From Candidatus Hydrogenedentota bacterium (GTDB lineage: Bacteria; Hydrogenedentota; Hydrogenedentia; Hydrogenedentales; JAEUWI01): a DNA stretch of 64,000 nucleotides. The stretch covers positions 1,694 to 65,693 of the forward strand of contig JACPGE010000074.1 of assembly GCA_016182605.1 (NCBI GenBank). The letters run 5' to 3'. Position numbers and translations under genes: made by a program. Shown in pieces: positions 60,290 through 64,000 of this stretch (position 1 is its first letter; each line of letters opens with the position of its first letter). The notes under the pieces are model-generated. The model saw nothing but the letters and a program-made list of their open reading frames with translations. It was not told where the DNA came from and made no database searches.

Positions 60290-62038
60290 TTAATTGGGAT
60301 AGGAAATGGAAACCTGTTTCTTCTCCGCAGGATCATATCCCTTTATTGTAATTCTTGCAGTGCCATCGGGCCTTCTGTTGTAGCTTCCCGTGAATCGCGC
60401 CTCGCCGCTATTGGCCCGCGTATCGATAATCTCTCCCTTGAATCCATCCCCCAAACCTTCCGCATTCTTTTCATCCTCTTCGAGTATCCACACATGAAGG
60501 GGAATGTCGACTTTCCGAAGCCTTTCCCTGAATTCACGCTCTTGCTGCAATAGACCGGGCGATGTGCTCAATGCCTCATACTGTTCCGGGAAGACACGTT
60601 GCAGGAGGTAGCCGCGCAATTGGCTTCGGTTCCGTAAAATTAACTTTGGCTTGCTGCTGGAATGAAAACTTGAAGCTCGCTCAATCCAGTGATCTGAGTA
60701 GCCCTGCTCGAAATATTTCGGTACGCAGACGTAGAACGCATGCACTGCGCCGCGGCCATGGTCTAATCTTCCCTCGTCTGCTTCGATTATCATCCGGCTG
60801 GCCCAAAGCCTCTTCATGGTGGTGCGGTGGAAGAGATCCCCGTTCCGGTGGAGATCGGTGCTGTCTGAAAATACGAAGTAAGGCGAAGGCGGCGCAAAAT
60901 GAGGTAATTTCTCCTCGGCGTCGGCTGTACCTTCGGCTGACCCACGGTTGGAACGAGCCATTCCGTGAATCAGGACCATATGCTGGTTCTCGGGCTTCGT
61001 TGGTCCCGGCGTCGCAGTCATGTCTGCAAGAAGTTCGCCGTCATCCTTGTCGCTGTACAATCGCTCTCTATCGACGGGGAAAAGGACCGGCATTCCTTGA
61101 TAGATGTAAGACGCAAGCTGTTCCACATATTCAGCTTCATCATCATAGTCATTGGCTGCTGTTGATTTGGGCGCGATATGCTCAACGAGAACTCTTCCAT
61201 TACAATATGTTTTGACCAGATCTTCCATGCGCTTTGGATTCATCGCGCCGATCTCGTATAGGTTAATCGGCGTACTTGCGACTTTTTCCAAACCCCAATT
61301 GAACTCACGTTTGGAAGGATTGGGTGCGTCAACCGTCAAGTGGGCTTCAAGAACCGCGAGTTCGTAAGGCGAATATATTGGCGCGAGGCCGCTCATAAGT
61401 ATGGCCGTTGCCAATACATTGTGTCCACACGCAGACCCAAAACTAGACGAAAAGAAGGGCAAACCGACAAATGGCCGGACGCCATAGGGTTTGGCATAGT
61501 AATTCATACACTGGGAATAGAAGGGGGACAAATTCATCGAGACCGGGGGACGCACATAACCCTCGCACACAGCTGGGTGACCAAAGGCATGTTTTTCCGA
61601 AAATTCTGGAATTGTGGCGTACTCCATGTGGACCGCCCAAGGACGCACAAAGAGAAATCCTGCATATCTTTCTGCTTGGTATTCACCATCCACAATGGCG
61701 GACTGAAAAAAATGAACCCGCCAAGCCCACCTTTGTTCTGTATCGGAGAGATACTCCCGTTCGTGGCTATACACAAAGGAATTGCCAATCTCTGGTTCTG
61801 AAAAAAACAGAAAGTCGCCAAAGCAATTGGCCATGGCCCGGAAGCTTTCCAAGAGCACCCTTGAGACTTCCTCATCACCGGCCTGCAATGTGCGTTTGTC
61901 CTTGAGACGAGAAATAAGGAATTTCTCCCCTGCTTCGTGAAACCTTTTTCCCGCCCCCGGAGCCGTCACGGGAACCAATCTCCGCACCGAATATGCAGGT
62001 GGATAAGCTATCCGATACTCCGCATCTTTGTCGCTCAT
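60290..62038 (-). CDS. hypothetical protein with papain-like (C39/BtrH_N-like) Cys motif (low-GC island)
   Basis: SFGSACGHNVLATAILMSG resembles the catalytic-Cys block of peptidase C39/BtrH-type papain-like enzymes (xxCGxxxLAxxL). Candidate His sites lie downstream. ATG 62038 is preceded by GGGGAG. An upstream TTG at 62149 would add a hydrophobic 37-aa extension containing a T9 run. Confidence 0.45.
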   Translation of the reverse strand: MSDKDAEYRIAYPPAYSVRRLVPVTAPGAGKRFHEAGEKFLISRLKDKRTLQAGDEEVSRVLLESFRAMANCFGDFLFFSEPEIGNSFVYSHEREYLSDTEQRWAWRVHFFQSAIVDGEYQAERYAGFLFVRPWAVHMEYATIPEFSEKHAFGHPAVCEGYVRPPVSMNLSPFYSQCMNYYAKPYGVRPFVGLPFFSSSFGSACGHNVLATAILMSGLAPIYSPYELAVLEAHLTVDAPNPSKREFNWGLEKVASTPINLYEIGAMNPKRMEDLVKTYCNGRVLVEHIAPKSTAANDYDDEAEYVEQLASYIYQGMPVLFPVDRERLYSDKDDGELLADMTATPGPTKPENQHMVLIHGMARSNRGSAEGTADAEEKLPHFAPPSPYFVFSDSTDLHRNGDLFHRTTMKRLWASRMIIEADEGRLDHGRGAVHAFYVCVPKYFEQGYSDHWIERASSFHSSSKPKLILRNRSQLRGYLLQRVFPEQYEALSTSPGLLQQEREFRERLRKVDIPLHVWILEEDEKNAEGLGDGFKGEIIDTRANSGEARFTGSYNRRPDGTARITIKGYDPAEKKQVSISYPN

Positions 62039-62172
62039 GTCTCCCCGTTGCCCTCTATCTTTCAGCGTGCCGAGCCCCAAAAAAAAACTGCCGCGCCACA
62101 CAAGGACGAGACAGTATAGTACACCGCCAACTGAATTATGTAAAGTCAATTACATAGGAAATGCTTCGCTGG

Positions 62173-62544
62173 TCACTCTGGCCTCGATCTGATTCGTGCG
62201 TTCGAGGCAGCGAAACAATTGGGCCGGTCCTTAGACGTCAATGCATTTAACCGGTTCACAGCGTTAATAACAGTTGCATCCGATGCCCTTTTCTGGGTGT
62301 ATTTGAAGACAGTGTCAATCAAGTCTTCAAGCCCTGAGCCAAAAAGAAGCAGAAGCCGATTTGACACGTACTCATTCCTGCGCCAAGACGTAATCAACCC
62401 AACTGCAGTATCAGAAAGACCTTTAGTATTTGAATCCTCACTGAGACTTTTTCGAAGTTTTTTCCGCTCTTCATCAGTCAAATTGGCCAACGTCGGCACT
62501 GGCGTTGACGTAGTAGATCTAACCGCCGTTTCAGTCGTCATCAC
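62173..62544 (-). CDS. small hypothetical protein (first gene of the low-GC island operon)
   Basis: 123-aa ORF with a GAGGTGG SD-like sequence about 8 nt upstream. N-terminal Thr/Ser-rich region and a KKLRK basic patch. No recognisable family. Confidence 0.4.
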   Translation of the reverse strand: MMTTETAVRSTTSTPVPTLANLTDEERKKLRKSLSEDSNTKGLSDTAVGLITSWRRNEYVSNRLLLLFGSGLEDLIDTVFKYTQKRASDATVINAVNRLNALTSKDRPNCFAASNARIRSRPE

Positions 62545-63469
62545 TTTTCCACCTCACCGGGCTGCACATTTGGCAATATGCTTTCCATTCGTTTAGGAGT
62601 GCCATGGTACCGGTTCATAAATGCAAAATCAAATTCACGGCGGCGGCTCGATTGCAGTCTAAAGGTATAGATTGTCCAAACGTTATCACACCGCCTCTGT
62701 GAAGTCAAGGGATTTTTACCCTAATCGCATTAATGTTCATAACAAATCCAGATCATGCATCAAGGGCTGGGCGATGCCATAACTCCACGTGCAGATTCTA
62801 ATCATCATCTCCACAGTAAGCAAACTTCATGCCCATTCCAATAAAGCTCGAGCCTACCGTTCAGGGACGCATTCCCGACATGCACCCGAGGAAATACCGT
62901 AACATCCTAAAAACAGACCGCCTTTTGCAGCAACTAGACCACCAAAAGCACAAAAACATTCACGTGGCGATTGTTCACAGACACCTAATGCCGCATTTAA
63001 TGTTCGACTGCCAGTAATTGATTTGTCATGAATGAAATACATTTTGTTAAGTTAAGGCGGGCTTGCCAATTCGCAAAAAGCTACCGTATCGTAATCTGTC
63101 GACAGGCGTCAAACGGTCTGGTATTGCGTTCTGCGAGTCTCTTGACCATCCAATTTCGATGAATTGAACCCTGTCCACGGATAGTAGCCGCTCAGAACTC
63201 GACTGCGAACAAAGCTCCTCCAACAAATAGTAACACTGGAGCGGCCAAGTATTACAAGGCTATTCCATAATAATTGACGAGCAATAAACCCATTTCGCGC
63301 CTTGACTGCCTTTGCCGTTGTCGTCTTTCAATCCGTCCAAATGCCACGAGCTTCTGCAAGCCCTGAGCACTCCCTCCCCACAAATCACCTGGATTACCTC
63401 TGGACAAAATGCATAGAATCAATAATTCACGGTTCAGGCCGTCTCGAACCCTGCCGGTTTGCAGTGGCG

Positions 63470-64000
63470 TCAATCCTGAAAATCGCTTCGTAACTCAAAC
63501 CTGCCCACGGGATAGCCCGCTTCGTATCCAATGATGTAGGCGCCGGTGGGGCCCTCATAACGCACTTGGCCATCCCGCAGATCGAAATCATTCGGACCCT
63601 GGCGCCGCAGGCACGTTGCACTGGCCGGGTTGAGCCAGGTATCTGCCACGCGCTGCACAATGCGCGTCCGATCGCCAAGACTGTGTGCCGCGTCGGTGAA
63701 GACCTCGTTGTCCACTTGGGCTGCGTCGATAAAATGGGGCACTACATCAAGGCCGGCCCGGCCCATGACATCCACCATGTCCCGTTTGTCCTCGAAGGGG
63801 CACGTGGTGTCTTCCACACCGTGCACCGTGACGATCTTCGCGTTATTCCCCAGTTCTTTCATCCGCAGAAGATGGGGAAGGTACACCAGATCGCGCAGCA
63901 ACTGCCCGTCTGGATGCAGGTAGCGGGGACTCCTGGGATCGCGGCTGTAGCCGGCATTGAGTTCGCTGCCCGCGGGAAAATTGAAGGCCACGTCGTCGCT
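63470..64000 (-). CDS. alpha/beta-hydrolase (dienelactone hydrolase/peptidase S9-like) C-terminal part; gene continues beyond the window end
   Basis: C-terminal alpha/beta-hydrolase hallmarks: IVTVHGVEDTTCPFE (acid-loop region) and catalytic-His region AAHS. GC content returns to the high background. No start codon lies within the window. Confidence 0.55.
   Translation of the reverse strand, partial: SDDVAFNFPAGSELNAGYSRDPRSPRYLHPDGQLLRDLVYLPHLLRMKELGNNAKIVTVHGVEDTTCPFEDKRDMVDVMGRAGLDVVPHFIDAAQVDNEVFTDAAHSLGDRTRIVQRVADTWLNPASATCLRRQGPNDFDLRDGQVRYEGPTGAYIIGYEAGYPVGRFELRSDFQD

Noticed and set aside
57471-63435. 10-nt inverted repeat ACCGTGAATT / AATTCACGGT near the two ends of the low-GC island as possible att/TIR
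   Set aside because: Only 10 nt, the left copy lies inside the coding 3' end of the 935-aa gene, and it could easily arise by chance over 6 kb. It is mentioned in a finding but not annotated as a feature.
63426-63452. GGTTC...GAACC hairpin resembling a tRNA T-arm, near the island boundary
   Set aside because: The loop is 10 nt rather than 7, there is no acceptor or anticodon arm context, and no cloverleaf can be drawn. It is more likely a weak terminator-like hairpin or chance.
1-64000. CRISPR arrays, rRNA or tRNA genes
   Set aside because: No regularly spaced short direct repeats and no rRNA- or tRNA-like sequences were seen. The only regular repeats are the coding 21-nt tandem repeats at 29952-30035 and the MITE-like elements.

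Overview
This is a GC-rich chromosomal window, most likely from a Planctomycetota- or Verrucomicrobiota-like bacterium. The pointers are three paralogous pairs of PSCyt/DUF1549/DUF1553 giant proteins with Tat-exported DUF1501 partners, a DUF1559 (H-X9-DG) prepilin-like protein, and InlB-type B-repeats. Most of the window is ordinary core genome: an RND efflux pump operon, an ECF sigma/anti-sigma pair, a histidine kinase plus two response regulators, a polyamine-related operon, transporters and oxidoreductases, and a GH32/ThuA sugar module. Three things stand out. First, a roughly 6.2 kb island of visibly lower GC at about 57.3-63.5 kb carries a three-gene minus-strand operon with no recognisable named family. 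Its genes are a small protein, a roughly 580-aa protein with a papain/C39-like Cys motif, and a 935-aa fusion of an endonuclease-IV/xylose-isomerase-like TIM barrel with an HD phosphohydrolase domain. This is the best candidate for an undescribed, horizontally acquired system, possibly defence or toxin-like. Second, a family of roughly 180-200 bp MITE-like double-hairpin repeats is present in three full copies plus one solo terminus, all intergenic. Third, a second low-GC patch at about 7.8-9.5 kb contains a 5'-disrupted, compositionally chimeric InlB B-repeat protein. No rRNA, tRNA or CRISPR array was found. All coordinates are 1-based, and start sites were refined by hand where a signal peptide or Shine-Dalgarno placement was clear.
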